Part shown: piece after piece, positions 35,571 to 48,219 of the stretch
Position numbering within the stretch: position 1 is the stretch's first letter
How the letters are laid out: each line of letters starts with the position of its first letter
From: Naegleria gruberi
Taxonomy: Eukaryota
DNA: 64,000 nt
Reading direction: 5' to 3' (one strand)
NCBI GenBank assembly: GCA_000004985.1
Contig: GG738869.1
Position numbers and translations under genes: made by a program
Notes under the pieces: generated by a model
Databases searched by the model: none
What the model was told of the DNA's origin: nothing
Seen by the model: the letters and a program-made list of their open reading frames with translations, nothing else

Positions 35571-37994
35571 TTAAAATTGCATTACCAGAACATCATTATT
35601 CTGTAGCTTGTCATTTTGGAAGAAATCGTCATCAAGATTTAGTAACACTTCATGACCAAATCTGTCAACATTCTTCAAAAATAACTTGTGTGCATCCAAC
35701 ATGGTTGACTTTTTCATCTTTAAAACAATGCTCTTTGTAATGTTTTTGAGTTGTGAAACATCTATTTGATTTGAAACCCGCACTCGTTTTGTATAATCTG
35801 TTGAACCATCCAGTGCACATTTGATAAAAAGGGTAATCTCATTTTCAGAAAGTTGACCAGAAAGTGGAGTAGTAGGAGGACTTGCTGTTGGACTGGTATT
35901 GAAAGAATCAGCTTCCTTTGGTGAGGATGCAATACCAAGATTTCCACTACTTTCTGAAGATTCAGAAACTCTATGGCGTACCTTAGTAGCCTTTCTACTC
36001 TTTCCTGAGGTTGGAAGTCTTTTGCTATCAACAGGGGATTCAGAAGAAGGACTGGAAAATTTCTTTTCAGTTGATGAACATGTATGACATTCTTTCTTGA
36101 CACAGACAGGTTGTTGTTGTTGTTGTGGAGGTGGTGTTAATGGTGGATTTTCAATATTCTCGGTGAATTGACCAAGTGGAGAAGACTTGTGTTTGCTTGC
36201 TTTTCCACATTTTGGTGATTTCTTCTTTGGAGAATCCTCTTCTTTCTTTTCAAAGCATTGAAGTGCCTTTTCCATTTCATTCGAAACATTTAAGGAAAGT
36301 GGTTCTTCTTCATCTTCAACCTTTTTCACTAGCTCTGGAGCAGTAGAATAGACTGCAACAACCTTTTCAGATTTTTCAGAATTTTCATTAGTTGCTTTCT
36401 TATCTTCTTCCTCTTCATCCTCCTCTTCCTGTTCTTCCTCTTCATCATCTTCCATATCTGAAACCTTTACATTTTTCATTGAATAGTCTTTCTTTTCTGT
36501 TTCAAATAAGAAATCGTATACTTCAGGATCTTTTTCTCCTCTTCTTTCCAGCCATTCTAATTTCTTTTCTGTACATTCTGGACATATCAGAGATCCATTG
36601 TATAACACATAGGTACCTTCCCCAGCTAGGCAATTTACATGATATGAGATATCACATTTCGTACACGTATATAGACCTCTACTTGTTTCATTTCCCTGAG
36701 TTATGGGACAAGTCTTCTTCTCGCACATGGTACAAACTTTACAATCAGAACACAACCAGTCCTCAAAATATTTCTTATCCAGTCTAGGATTGCCACAACA
36801 CTTTTTACATAATACTTTTCCACATTCATCATTTGTACATTGAACAGTAACTTTGTAATACTTTCCACATTTGTGACAAGTATTTTTGTCAACTTCTTCT
36901 ACTTTTGTCCTTTTGATTTTTCTCTTTACAGGTTTAGGTTTTTCCTCTTCTTCCTCTTCAGAAAATGAATATTCTTCTTCCTCCAAGTTGTCATTATTTC
37001 TCTTTTCTCCATCAGAGCTATAATCAGAGACATTATCATCTTCGTCAGATAATTCTTCTTCCTCATTGTCATCTTCAGAATCTGAATCAATTACAACTTT
37101 GGATTTTTTCTTCGAGTCAATCTCTACAGCCTTTCTTTTTTTCGATGGTGGTGTAGAAATGGTTAAATTCTTATCAGAGAAACTACTCCTTCTTTGTTGT
37201 ATTGTTTGCTTATCATCTGTAGAGCTTTTTTCCGAATAAGAATTTGCTTGACGCATAGCCTCTGCCAATTTTTTGTTTTTTCTCGTCATTTCATTTGTTA
37301 TCACTGCTGGATTTCTTGTATAAATTTCTACAACTCTATCCATCCAATAACTAGTAATTCAAAATTTCTCAATGATGTGACATCTCTGATAAACTTACTA
37401 TTTGGATTTGTCATCTCCAAAAAATTCTATAAGAGAACTTGTTCCATCTTCATCTTCCATGCCTTCAAGAATTTCTTCTCTCATACTTTTTGGAATTTTG
37501 GTTGAGTGTGGAGAAATAACCTTTGCAGGCCAATATGGGCAACCATCTTGTTGTATAATTATTCATAATTAAATAATAAATTGTTGATGATTAGATCAAA
37601 TATTGTATTATTATGATCATTGTCCAATTATAATAATTATCATCCACCAATATAAATAATAATAATAAATTTTTGTTATTTGTTGTTGTATGATCAACTC
37701 ATTACCAATATATCAAATTAACCTACCCAACTTGACAAAAATTAAATCACCCTCTCTTAAATCACTATCTACAAATCTAGTCGCTTTCTTTGCTTCCGTC
37801 GACGACATGGTCGTTGAATGACTGCAACCACCACCAATGCTGCTACTACTTGTATTTCCAGCAGAAGAGGAAGGATACGACTTTCTTCCACTCATTTTTT
37901 TTATTTTTAATTTTGCGATACAGTTGATTAAACGGGATTCAATTTCCCAATATTTGGATGGATGTTGACGGTTGAGCTCAAAAAGAGGCAACAC
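35571..37994 (-). CDS. PWWP-domain + PHD-finger chromatin protein with acidic tracts and a C-terminal ubiquitin/PB1-like segment; 3 exons (37994/37895..37727, 37546..37399, 37350..35571)
   Basis: Exon 1 ..REGDLIFVKL | exon 2 DGCPYWPAKVISPHSTKIPKSMREEILEGMEDEDG..DDKSK | exon 3 YYWMDRVVEIYTRN.. The split gives a PWWP motif. Introns of 180 and 48 nt with GTAGGT and GTAAGT donors. PHD-like clusters CHKCGKYYKVTVQCTNDECGKVLCKKCC and CTMCEKKTCP...YHVNCLAG..LICPECT. Confidence 0.6.
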
Positions 37995-38870
37995 TTCTTG
38001 CTGGAGAAGATGCTTCTATTTAGCTGAAGAGGAGGATGCAAGTGGAGATGAACCTTGATTTAAAGAGAGTGAGATGTTTTGTTCTTTGATATTATGTGTA
38101 TTTAGATGATATTTATTGAAATGTTATGTGTTGGAGATGGATTGGGAATCATCTCTCTATGATAGAGCATATATGATTGAAGCTAATATGAAGATTATGT
38201 TGGTGTAGAGGAAAGATGTTGAGAGGGAGATGTGAATCTGTCAAAAGTTAATGTCCAATGAGAGGAATTCATACATTTTCCTACATCTATTACAACATTG
38301 TATACGGTAAATACATCATACAACCGTTTTGTTTTTCCCCAATTCAATCAATTAATCCATTTTAGATTTTTTAAACGAAAAGAGCGACAATTTTCTTTTT
38401 TCCCTCTAAGGAATTTTTTTAATGGTTTGAAGTCAAATATTCAAATCTGAATGAGAGGTACCAGCTTCTAATAAAATGGAACCTGAAAGTTACTAACTTC
38501 TCGTTCTGATCTAGCATTGGCACGAGGTGGCAGACTTTCACATTTCCTTCTCATAACCGTCCTCTGTTTTAGTGAACCACCTCCCTAATCAGTCTAAGAA
38601 TGTCATTCATCTTCAAAGGAAAAAAAAATTAAGGATAGCCATCTAGACCCTGTAGTGTCTCTAATGTTGTTTGCCGTTTATTGTGTTTTGTAAATTGGAC
38701 AACCATGAATGTTTTGAATGAAACTGGCTGTTTTTCGTTGTAGACAATTTCCATTTATAGTTTCAAAAATTGCTCAACACAACCAGCAAATTTCTTTCCA
38801 AACAATTTTTCAATATCTGCAATTGATGTGATGAATATTGCATTGTGGTACAAGGAGTTAGCTCTATCTT

Positions 38871-41505
38871 TTATAGATTCAAATCTGGGTGGAGAATGAC
38901 TGAAAGTGTCCTGTTTAGGGATAATTTCAGAAAATCAGCTCTATATTTACCCCACCAATGCAAAGGATCCAACAATTTTTGGAAATTATCAATTTTCTTC
39001 ATATGGTTCTCATCAACATATTCATTAAGTTCTGGTAATGAGATTTTTTGATAATTATCTTTGAACATTAATTCAGGAAGAGTTGATTTGTATCCGTAAT
39101 CTTTACCAGTTAAACATTTCAAACTAAATCTAATAAAAACAAGTTCTCCATCTTTGTCAGTCAATGCAAGTATTCCATCATCATGTGCAGTACTTGCAGG
39201 TGGTCTAAACAGAATTTTGTTGATACGTTCACAATTGTGAACAGCATATTCTAAATATAACTCCTCTCCAGTTTTGTCTTCAGAAGCTGTAATCCACTGT
39301 TGTTTCAAGCAATAATCCTTAAATCCATTACAAGTAAAAACCTTGTTGCATGCAAAGTCGATTGTCTTCAATTTTTGTTGCAAAGACTCATTGATTGTTG
39401 AGTTGAAATTAAACAACGTTGTAAATTTCCCTTTAACTGCAGAAAGTGCAATTAAATAGGCTATTTCAAAGGTTGTTCTATCCACTATTTGTTGTCCAAC
39501 ATAAATTGCCAAGTCCATCTCTTCAATGCTTGGCAGGGACTTCATTCTTAGAATTTCCTTGGCCAATTTGAAACCTATTACATCCACCGTCTTAAACTCA
39601 ACTGAGCCATTTTGTAAAGTTGAACCCACTGGACCTGCAATTCCTGACATTAGAAAATGTGCTGCAATTTCTTTGTTAGGGACATAGAAGGAGGTACCAT
39701 ATCTTTCCGAATATTGGTGACTAATCATGTATTCCAATAAATAGGTTTCGTATAATTTTCAAAGTGTTCCTTATCCCTGAACTCTTTCAAAAACGTTACT
39801 GCTTTTTTTTTCAATGCTTGAATTATTGAGTCAGTACTAGCGTCAAAACATTGTTGTAAATCTCTCTTGACACACTGTTCTTTCATGACATCACCAATGA
39901 AATATTCCATACACTGGGCAGCTTGTCTGATTCTGATTGGAAAATTTTCCTCTTGTTTGAAGTTTTCTTTTACCTTAATATGCATGGAAAGGAATTTGTT
40001 AAATGATTCATAGTCTAAATATTCAAAATCTGAAAGAGTGATTGTATCTTGTTGATATTCTGTTTTCTGGAGATGAGATTGAGTCACATCATTCATTTTA
40101 ATTGAAAAACTAGTACCAGCAATTATATTTGAACCAAGTGAGTTCACACTCATTATTTCATCAATGAATTTACAAAGGGCCCCTTTCTCATTTCCATTCG
40201 ATGAAATATACTTATAATTACTATGTCTGTTTGTTATTCAATTAGAAACAATATGGAATGGACACTACTTACTCTTCAAGAACGTTGGCTTCATCTACAC
40301 AAATGACAAAATCAGAAGAATTAGTTTTCTCTTTCACTTTTGAAATGAGATTTTTTGTAAGGAGCTGTAAACGTGGAAAGAATTCATGTTTGTACTGGGG
40401 GAAAAGGTAGACGAATATTGAACAAGAATAATCATTTGATCCATTAAATTGGTTGAATGCAAGGAAGGAAAGCAAAGAACCCTCAAATGGATCCAAGATT
40501 GATGGCTCTTTTTGACTTTTTTCAATCAATAGAAGAAGATAGGTCAACTTGGAAATCAATAATATTTGAACAGCATGTCGAATGTAACCGAAAGCATTAA
40601 CTCTTGAGTTCAAACAACTAATCAAGGTTCTTATTGTTGAATCAGTTGTTTCGTGGCTGTCATGTTCATATGTAGCTGTACCTGTCAATAGAAGCCCTGC
40701 TGTTTTACAAAGTCTTCTAATCATTAAAGATGTTTTCCCTGTTCCAGAAGGTGCAATAATGGTTGTTACTGTTTTACAACTTGTTCGTTCCAATATCTTA
40801 TCATTGTTGGATTCAATTTGAAGAGATGGAATAAAAGGTAAATAATGTTTTGCAAGAGTTCCAAATTTGATTGGAAGTGGTCTTGCAAATGTCTCATGTG
40901 AAACCAAATTGAGAGAGCAGTATTTCACATTATCAGATTTGAAGTTCTTCTCAATGAATTCTTCTATTGGTTCTAATGGTCTTTGCGAATCAAATGATTT
41001 AACATATTCGAATGCCTCATCGTACAATTCATTAACCCAATTTGTTCCATTCCTATCAACCTTAGAGAGTTTAGCTTCAACCCACCCCAAATCTTGTTCT
41101 CTTGGCACATATAGTCCGACTAACAAACAAATTATTTCCTCTGCAGCCTTCATATTATTGTTACAGCTAGGAAGAATTTCATCAAGTGCTTCTTTCCACC
41201 ATCCATGTTCTTCTTCTCTTTTCATGATATCTTTAAGGAATAATACGGTTAAAAAAACTAGAGCACCTGTGAATGTTTGGTCCAAACATTTAATAGTATT
41301 CTCATCAAGACCAACATTTCTCATCATTTCAACCACCTCTGTATGGTTCATCTTGCGCACGGTACTAACTGGAATAGTCACTAAATACTTAATTAGATAA
41401 ATTAATAAATTTTCGTTATGTTCTATCTAACATACATTTACTTTTCTTATTATCTTGTTCCATCTCGGGAAGAATGTTGTCAACTTCATGGTGACCACGC
41501 TTCAT
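38871..41505 (-). CDS. SAM-like domain + AAA+/P-loop NTPase protein, several exons, with an unresolved frameshift near 39725-39737 (possible pseudogene or sequence error)
   Basis: Proposed 5' exon ATG at 41505 (MKRGHHEVDNILPEMEQDNKK), then a 61-nt intron (GTAAAT..tttAG). Main exon 41381..40269 carries the SAM-like HTEVVEMMRNVGLDENTIKCL, Walker A IIAPSGTGKTS and Walker B FVICVDEANVLEE. A 66-nt intron (GTAAGTAG..tataAG) joins to 40153 (YISSNGNEKGALCKFIDEIMSVNSLG..). The frame then switches (+1/-1) at about 39730 into the 288-aa ORF ending at 38871. Confidence 0.45.
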
Positions 41506-42297
41506 TTTTTTCCTTAGTTTTAAAAATAAACTCGTAAACAATAAGGATTGAAAGGACCTCCTGCCTCAAGTACCTATATTATCAAGGGATCTTAGCTACA
41601 AATTTAAGATGCTTAATACCTCCATCCAACCTTAGTAACAACTAATCATTATTTTGTGTGATTTCTTTCAGCTTAAATCGAACAGCCAACCTTACGTCCT
41701 TAAACATCGTTAAGATCAAAAAATAACCAACTTTTTCAACATCTTCTCATTATGGGGATCACTCATATCAATTAATCCAAACTTTCAGTAAAAAATCACA
41801 ATTTATTCTTTCCAAAGTTTACTATTTATCTGAATTGTTTGAAAAGATGTATTCCCAGCCAAAACTCGGCCGGATAGCATTCATGCCAAGAACAAAATAT
41901 GGTAAAAAATATTAAAAAAATATTCAAAACCACATCCACAATGTTGGATGAGCGTTAAGGTGTTCGGAAGAGAGGATGTGTTTATTGATGAGTACTCCAA
42001 AAAAAATCACTGCTACTCATGCGATTACTAGGTCTCAATAGTATAGGCAGGGTTATCTACCGTGATGAAACAAATGTGCTAGCTATACACACTTATCTTT
42101 CCCATTGGCTCGGAATTATTAGTGACTTGGCTGCCAGACATCACATTTTAATCTTTTTTAACACCAAACATTAAGGAAGTATCAAGTTATGAAACGAAAA
42201 GCAACTTTTTCATGTTAAACTCATATTATCAATATGATTTCCCGCCTTTTTTCAGTTGCACAAAATTATTAAAATATTTTTGTCTTGTTCAAAAAAA

Positions 42298-43620
42298 ATG
42301 TCATCACGCAAATCGCTCTCCTCACTCAACAATTCTAAACTCATCAACACCCAAGCACCAACAAAGAGAACCAAAGTTTTCTTTGATGTTACTATCGCAG
42401 GAAAGGATGCCGGACGTATTGTTATGGAACTTTTCGATGATATTGTACCAAAAACTGCTGAAAATTTTAGATGTCTCTGCACTGGTGAACAAGGAATGTC
42501 TAAAAATTATCCAAATAAGAAGTTCCACTTTAAAGGATCTATTTTCCATAGAATTATTCCAAACTTTATGCTTCAAGGAGGTGATATAATTAATGGAGAT
42601 GGTACTGGTAGTGATTCTTTATACGGAAGAAAGTTTGCTGATGAAAACTTTAAATTAAAACACAATAAGGTATGTTATCATGATGATTGGAATGGAAATT
42701 TTGTGACAATGTAAATAGACTGGTTTGCTTTCAATGGCCAACTCTGGTAAGAATACTAACGGTTCTCAATTCTTTATTACAACTGTCAAGACTCCATGGT
42801 TGGGTAAGTTTGTTTTTGTGTGGGAGGAGGCTAACAAAATTTTACTATATTGATGATGTGTGAAAATTTAATTGAACTTCAATATTATTGATGAATAATT
42901 TATTATTGTGATTATTTGTTGAAAATTTAATGATGATAATTGTGGAATATAATAGATGGTAAACATGTTGTTTTTGGACAAGTTGTTGAAGGAATGACAG
43001 TTGTCAGAGCTGTTGAAAAGTATGGAACATCTGAAGGTAGACCAAAAGCTAGAGTTGTTATTGCTGATTGTGGACAATTGAAGGAAGAAGAAAAGGTATC
43101 TGATAACTCAATTTTGGCTGAAGGATTGAAGGCCACTAGAAAGTCAGTGGGAGGAGCTTTGCCATCATCATCAACTCAAAAGACTGAAAAGGTTGAAACT
43201 CCAAAGAAGATCAATACCTCCTTGTCACTTTTGGTATCTGGATTGGCTGAAAAGGCTACTGATAAGGAAGTTGCTGAAATGTTGAAGGAATACAATGTTG
43301 CCGAAACATCTGTTTGGACTTTGGGAAGAAGCTCTGGTTTGGCTTGGGTTGAATTCGACTCTGCTGAAACTATTTCAAAGGTCAAGCAAGATATTGTTGA
43401 TGGTAAACTTGCTCTTTCATGTGAAATTCACACTCTCGAAAATGCTAAGGATTCTGCCAAGAAACAAGGTACCAAGAGACAAAAGGAAGATGAAGAAGAA
43501 GAATCAGAAGATGCCAGTGAACAAAAGAAGGTTAAACTCACCAGTGAAGAAACTGAAGCCACTAAAGCTAAGAAATCTAAGGTTTTGGAAATGTTGAAAA
43601 AGAAGAAACAACAAAAATAA
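42298..43620 (+). CDS. Cyclophilin-type peptidyl-prolyl isomerase fused to a C-terminal RRM-like domain and Lys/Glu-rich tail; 3 exons (42298..42669, 42719..42803, 42956..43620)
   Basis: [40 protein letters not shown]...[31 protein letters not shown] | [28 protein letters not shown] | [21 protein letters not shown]. Introns 42670..42718 (GTATGT) and 42804..42955 (GTAAGT). The C-terminus has RNP-like LLVSGL / SGLAWVEF. Confidence 0.85.
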
Positions 43621-43676
43621 TTTCATTAAATTATTATTACATAATTGAGAAAGATCCTCTATATTTACAAAATGAA

Positions 43677-44587
43677 TTACATAATTTGTTGATAGCTTCT
43701 CCTTTTCCACTTGGAAAAGAAAACACAGCATGAAATAATAGAGCTCACTAAAACGCCAATGACCCAAACATAAACCAAAATAGAAGTGATGAATGCAGCA
43801 TCTACAGAGCTACTTGTACCTGGAAAACAATGTTGCAATTTGTATAAATCATTCTCACAATTAGTTGTTAATGAATAGATGGAACCATCAATTTTGATAG
43901 TAGGTATGGTCACATTTCCATTATTTGCTGCCGATTCACTGCTTCCTCTATTTAATACACTGCTCAGTACAGAAATTGAGCTCTTGACATAATCTCCAAT
44001 TGAATATTCCGTTTGTGATCCACACAAATACTCTGGTGCTTCATCTTCTGGAAAAACTGGTGTTCCATCATTGAATAAGGCCTTTTCACTTTGACAAGCT
44101 TTAACAACCTCAAAACAAAAATTGTCACATAACATGACACGTCCCTTTTCAGCATTAAATAAATATGAAGATGGTGAACAAATGGAGCACTTGATTCTCC
44201 TCATTTGTGCAAAACAATTAGGATAATTATTTTGATTTAATCTTTCCGATAAATAATTTTTCAATCCCAAATCAATTTGATTCGTACAACAACTCAATCC
44301 ATCATGACAATAACAATCCTGACACTATATTGTTTAACATTATTCCAATTAATTATAATATCCCAATTTTTAATCCAATTGTTATTGAACAATTTCATAA
44401 ATATCAATTAATGATAAATTTCTATTCTTACCTGCACTGGTTGACTATTAGGTACAAACGGACAAACAATAGTTTGATTATCGGAGGCTGGAATATATTG
44501 TCCAAATATTATTTGACTATTAAATTGTAAAATGATGAAAATAATCAAAATGATAACGGAGAGAATTGATGATCGATTTTTCTTCAT
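43677..44587 (-). CDS. Cys-rich type I membrane/secreted protein (signal peptide, Cys-rich ectodomain, C-terminal TM); 2 exons (44587..44432, 44324..43677)
   Basis: MKKNRSSILSVIILIIFIILQF.. signal peptide, ..NSQPVQ | CQDCYCHDGLSCCTNQIDLGLK..CDNFCFEVVKACQ.. Donor GTAAGA at 44431, acceptor tatAG at 44325. C-terminal TM ILVYVWVIGVLVSSIISCCVFF. Confidence 0.5.
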
Positions 44588-44700
44588 TTTGTCCAAAACT
44601 TGTGATGACCGACAAGTATGTGATGGCATTTTTTTTAATTTTAAATTAATAGAAAATTGTAAAATGTTTAAATTTTAAAATATATTAATATTGTTTCCAT

Positions 44701-46430
44701 CTATTTAGTCTTGGTTAATGTAAATTGATCGACGAGGTCACCCTTGTCATTGAAAAATTGCCAATTTACAGTAACTTGTCTTCTATTAATCTTGTCTCTT
44801 TTCACTTTCAAAACTCCAAAACCTTCTTCCTTATTGTAGGACATGAAACTCCATGGAATACCACGATTGAAATCATGATCTTTGTCCAATCCACCTAAAC
44901 AGCCACCAGCTCCTGAAATAAGATACAATGGATCAGATAGGTCAGTATAATTGGTTGGATTCTTAGTTTCAATTGTTCCATTATAAATTGGATATTGTCT
45001 TTCATAGACATGAGCATGACCACATACCATCATGTCTACCTTATTGGCTTTCCAATCTTGCTCAAATACATCCTTCAAATGCTTGGCACTACCAACCACA
45101 TTACCATTGGCATCAGAGAATTCCTTTTCTGTACAATACAATGGTCTATGTCCAACAGTGAGCATGAGTGGAGTTTCATCTCTATTGACAGTTTGTAAGG
45201 CATTTCTCACATAGCCAACGTGATCACCCTTGAAAACTGGATCATATGGGCAATTTGGATAGTTGGTTTCAGAATCGAATGCTACCCAACGAATTGGACC
45301 AAAGTCAAAGTGATACCTATTATTATTAAATTGAGAATAATGACATTATTCGTATTGACTCTGTCTATGAATACTTACCACATATTATGACCATAGTCAG
45401 TATTATTTCTCAATGGCATGTAGAATTTGTGATTGTAGGCAGTAAAATTGAATTCATATTCGTGTCTATAAGAATTATAAAATTATTCGAATAAATATTA
45501 CCTCAATAAAAAAGCTTACCTTTCTGGACCCATTCTTGGAGCATGTTCATGATTACCAACAGTTACCATGTATGGTACACTTGGATGAACTCCTTCCCAA
45601 TGTTCAAAGAATTTGTTCCAAACATATTGATACATAATGCCAGGATAACTATCAGCATAAGAAATGTCTCCAACATGATAAATGAAAAAGTTGCCATCAT
45701 TGGCATGTTTCTTTGAGAGCTCTGTAATTCTGTCAATATTTTCATAACAAAAGAATACTCCCATATCTCCAAACATGACAACAGTGACTTCATCTGGATC
45801 AGCACTTCTTGTTGTAAATGAATGAACCTCAGAGGAAACTGAAAGTTGTGGAGCTCCATTTACAACACTTCCAAAACCTGCCTTATAATAAAAAGTAGTA
45901 TCAAATGTTAAATTAGTCAACAAGACAGCATGATCAAATCCAGTAACACTAGAATCTCCATAGGTTGATGTTTGAGCACCAACTCCAAACCATTGTGGAG
46001 CAGAATTCAATTCTTGTGCAGATCTTCCAATTAACACCATAGGCTTCCCAATCTTTTCATCATATCCATAAGTATGCCATTGCACAACCATTTCATTAGC
46101 ATTCATCGTATAAGACAAGTGCACAAACTTGACACCATAATCCGAAGAAGATCCTCTAACAGTCTTGAATTCTCTAAATAAATCATAATGGCTAGCCATT
46201 TTCCTAGTATATATATTATTATTATTACTCTTTGTTTGACTAGTTTTATAAGTATTTTGAATATTCAATCCTCTGATCGGAACAGCCATTGAAAAATCCT
46301 GAACCAACAAGATGCCAATCATCATCACAATCATCAAGGAAAAAACGGCCAAATTCCTCTTCCTTGTTGTTGATGGTGGTACAGCGTAGAGTTTCATCAT
46401 CATTTTTTTACGGTAATGAAAATAGTGCAC
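44701..46430 (-). CDS. Purple acid phosphatase (metallophosphoesterase), signal/anchor N-terminus; 3 exons (46430..45519, 45465..45379, 45316..44701)
   Basis: Motifs GDMG, GDISYAD, GNHEH in exon 1; ..APRMGPER | HEYEFNFTAYNHKFYMPLRNNTDYGHNMW | YHFDFGPIRWVAFDSET...TVGHRPLY...VCGHAHVYER. Introns 45466..45518 (GTAAGC) and 45317..45378 (GTAAGT). Confidence 0.85.
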
Positions 46431-46695
46431 TTGATGGCTTTATTTGGTGATTTGATCTTTCATCAGTTTAGTTATCAATCAAAGAGTAACCAAGAACCTA
46501 AGCTAGATCGTGTGAGAAGGACTATAGTTCACAATAGGTGGGAAGATATTTTGTGAGGTCAGTACTTTGTGTGGGTACTGACTTGCTTAATATTGTTAAT
46601 TTGCAATATTTGTTGTAAACTATTTTATACCTTATTATTGTAAAATATCAAATACCCTTTGAAATTGAAATCTTTAAAATTTAGAGAAAAAAAAA

Positions 46696-48219
46696 ATGGC
46701 TGAATTTTCAATCATAAAATCTTCAAGACATGAAGAAAATTTCAATTCTGTTGATGTTCGGAATGGTTTCTCATCAAATCAACAACAACTTGAATGGGAA
46801 AATGTTGATAAGGTTTATCTACCACCTGAAATTCTACTCGAAATATTGCAGTTTATGGATTTTGATGCAATTGTCATGACTTCGGCAACGTGTAGGGGCT
46901 TTTATGAAGTTTCTCACGATGATGAATTGTGGAGAAAATTATTGAGTGCTGATTGGAAGTTATTGAAGGATGACGCAGCAGCAGCATTGAATAATCATCA
47001 GAATACAAATCAAAATGGTGGTAGCCTTCTGTCATCTCCAGTGGCGAACAATACAAATTCTAGTCGGGATGAGGCTGCCTCTTCTTCATCATCACCAAAT
47101 TCTTATGAATTGTTGGATCAAAATAATTCGGGTGATCTCTATGAAAAATACAAGGAACGATATTTGAGATACAAAAAGTGGAGAGATAGTATTGCTTTTA
47201 TATATTCCGAGGAGAGAAATCAATATATTAATAATGTGGAAACTCAGACAAGTGGAAAGTTTGTTGGTTATCTTAAATATTTCCTGTCCTTTCCTATACT
47301 GTTTTATAGATTATTGATCTTTTTATTTATTTCTCAGGATGAGCAACCTGATTTTGGTCTAGCTCATGAAATTGAATACATTCAAGAGAAATCATTGAGA
47401 GCTGGAGGATCCCTTCTTCTCTTAATTATATTTGCTCCAATGTTGTTCTGCACTTGGATGATTGGCGAATTACCTGCCACTCCTTTCTACGCTACTTTGC
47501 ATGTATTTTTCAAAATGGTATTCACCATTCTGTGCATTGCAGCTCATTTCTATAATCGAATGGATAGGAATATTGAATTTTACAAAGAGGCTAATAGTGT
47601 TTCTTTAGTGATTATTTTACAAACAATACTTACACTCATATTAATGAGATATGTGGATGATTTCATTATTTGCTGCCTTATTTCTTTCAACATGTCAACG
47701 GCTCTCGGATTGGCCATTTCTTTAAAGCACATGATTAAGAATACTGAAAGTATTGAGGGATTATTTGAATCCTCTAATACACCCGCTCAACACTACCTTT
47801 CCCCATTATTTGAAATTTTCAGAAATAGATCAGTTGTAACGAATTTGATTTTATCCAACTTGATGATTCTGGTTATAATGATTGGGGGATTCAAAACATT
47901 CGTTTGGATACTCATCTTTATTGCAATTGCCATAGTAACTGGAACCTCTGGAGGCTCTGGTGGCGTTGATTCCCTCGATCGTAGAATGCTCATCTTTGTT
48001 CTTGTGATCTTTGCTTGCATTTCCATTTCTGCATTAGCTACAAGTATAATCGGCGGAAATTATAAGAGAAAGAGTAAGGCGAGAAATACTAGTGCAGTGC
48101 TCTTGTTAGTGATTCTCACCATGTCATTCATTACACTTGCTATGAGAGTTATTTCCATAAAAAGTGGTGAAACTGAACGATGGCAGCTATCATTATTCGA
48201 TATTACTGATGAAGAATAA
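46696..48219 (+). CDS. F-box protein with a C-terminal multi-pass (about 7-9 TM) membrane domain, 507 aa
   Basis: LPPEILLEILQFMDFDAIVMTSATCRGFYEVSHDDELWRKLL (F-box), followed by multiple hydrophobic 20-aa segments (LFYRLLIFLFISQ.., LLLIIFAPMLFCTWMIG.., etc.). Confidence 0.6.
   Translation: MAEFSIIKSSRHEENFNSVDVRNGFSSNQQQLEWENVDKVYLPPEILLEILQFMDFDAIVMTSATCRGFYEVSHDDELWRKLLSADWKLLKDDAAAALNNHQNTNQNGGSLLSSPVANNTNSSRDEAASSSSSPNSYELLDQNNSGDLYEKYKERYLRYKKWRDSIAFIYSEERNQYINNVETQTSGKFVGYLKYFLSFPILFYRLLIFLFISQDEQPDFGLAHEIEYIQEKSLRAGGSLLLLIIFAPMLFCTWMIGELPATPFYATLHVFFKMVFTILCIAAHFYNRMDRNIEFYKEANSVSLVIILQTILTLILMRYVDDFIICCLISFNMSTALGLAISLKHMIKNTESIEGLFESSNTPAQHYLSPLFEIFRNRSVVTNLILSNLMILVIMIGGFKTFVWILIFIAIAIVTGTSGGSGGVDSLDRRMLIFVLVIFACISISALATSIIGGNYKRKSKARNTSAVLLLVILTMSFITLAMRVISIKSGETERWQLSLFDITDEE

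Noticed and set aside
41700-42250. Inverted repeat atgagta(19 nt)tactcat and C-box-like TGATGA motifs in the divergent promoter between the AAA+ gene and cyclophilin, considered as a C/D snoRNA
   Set aside because: No properly spaced D box (CUGA) or terminal stem was found. More likely promoter sequence.
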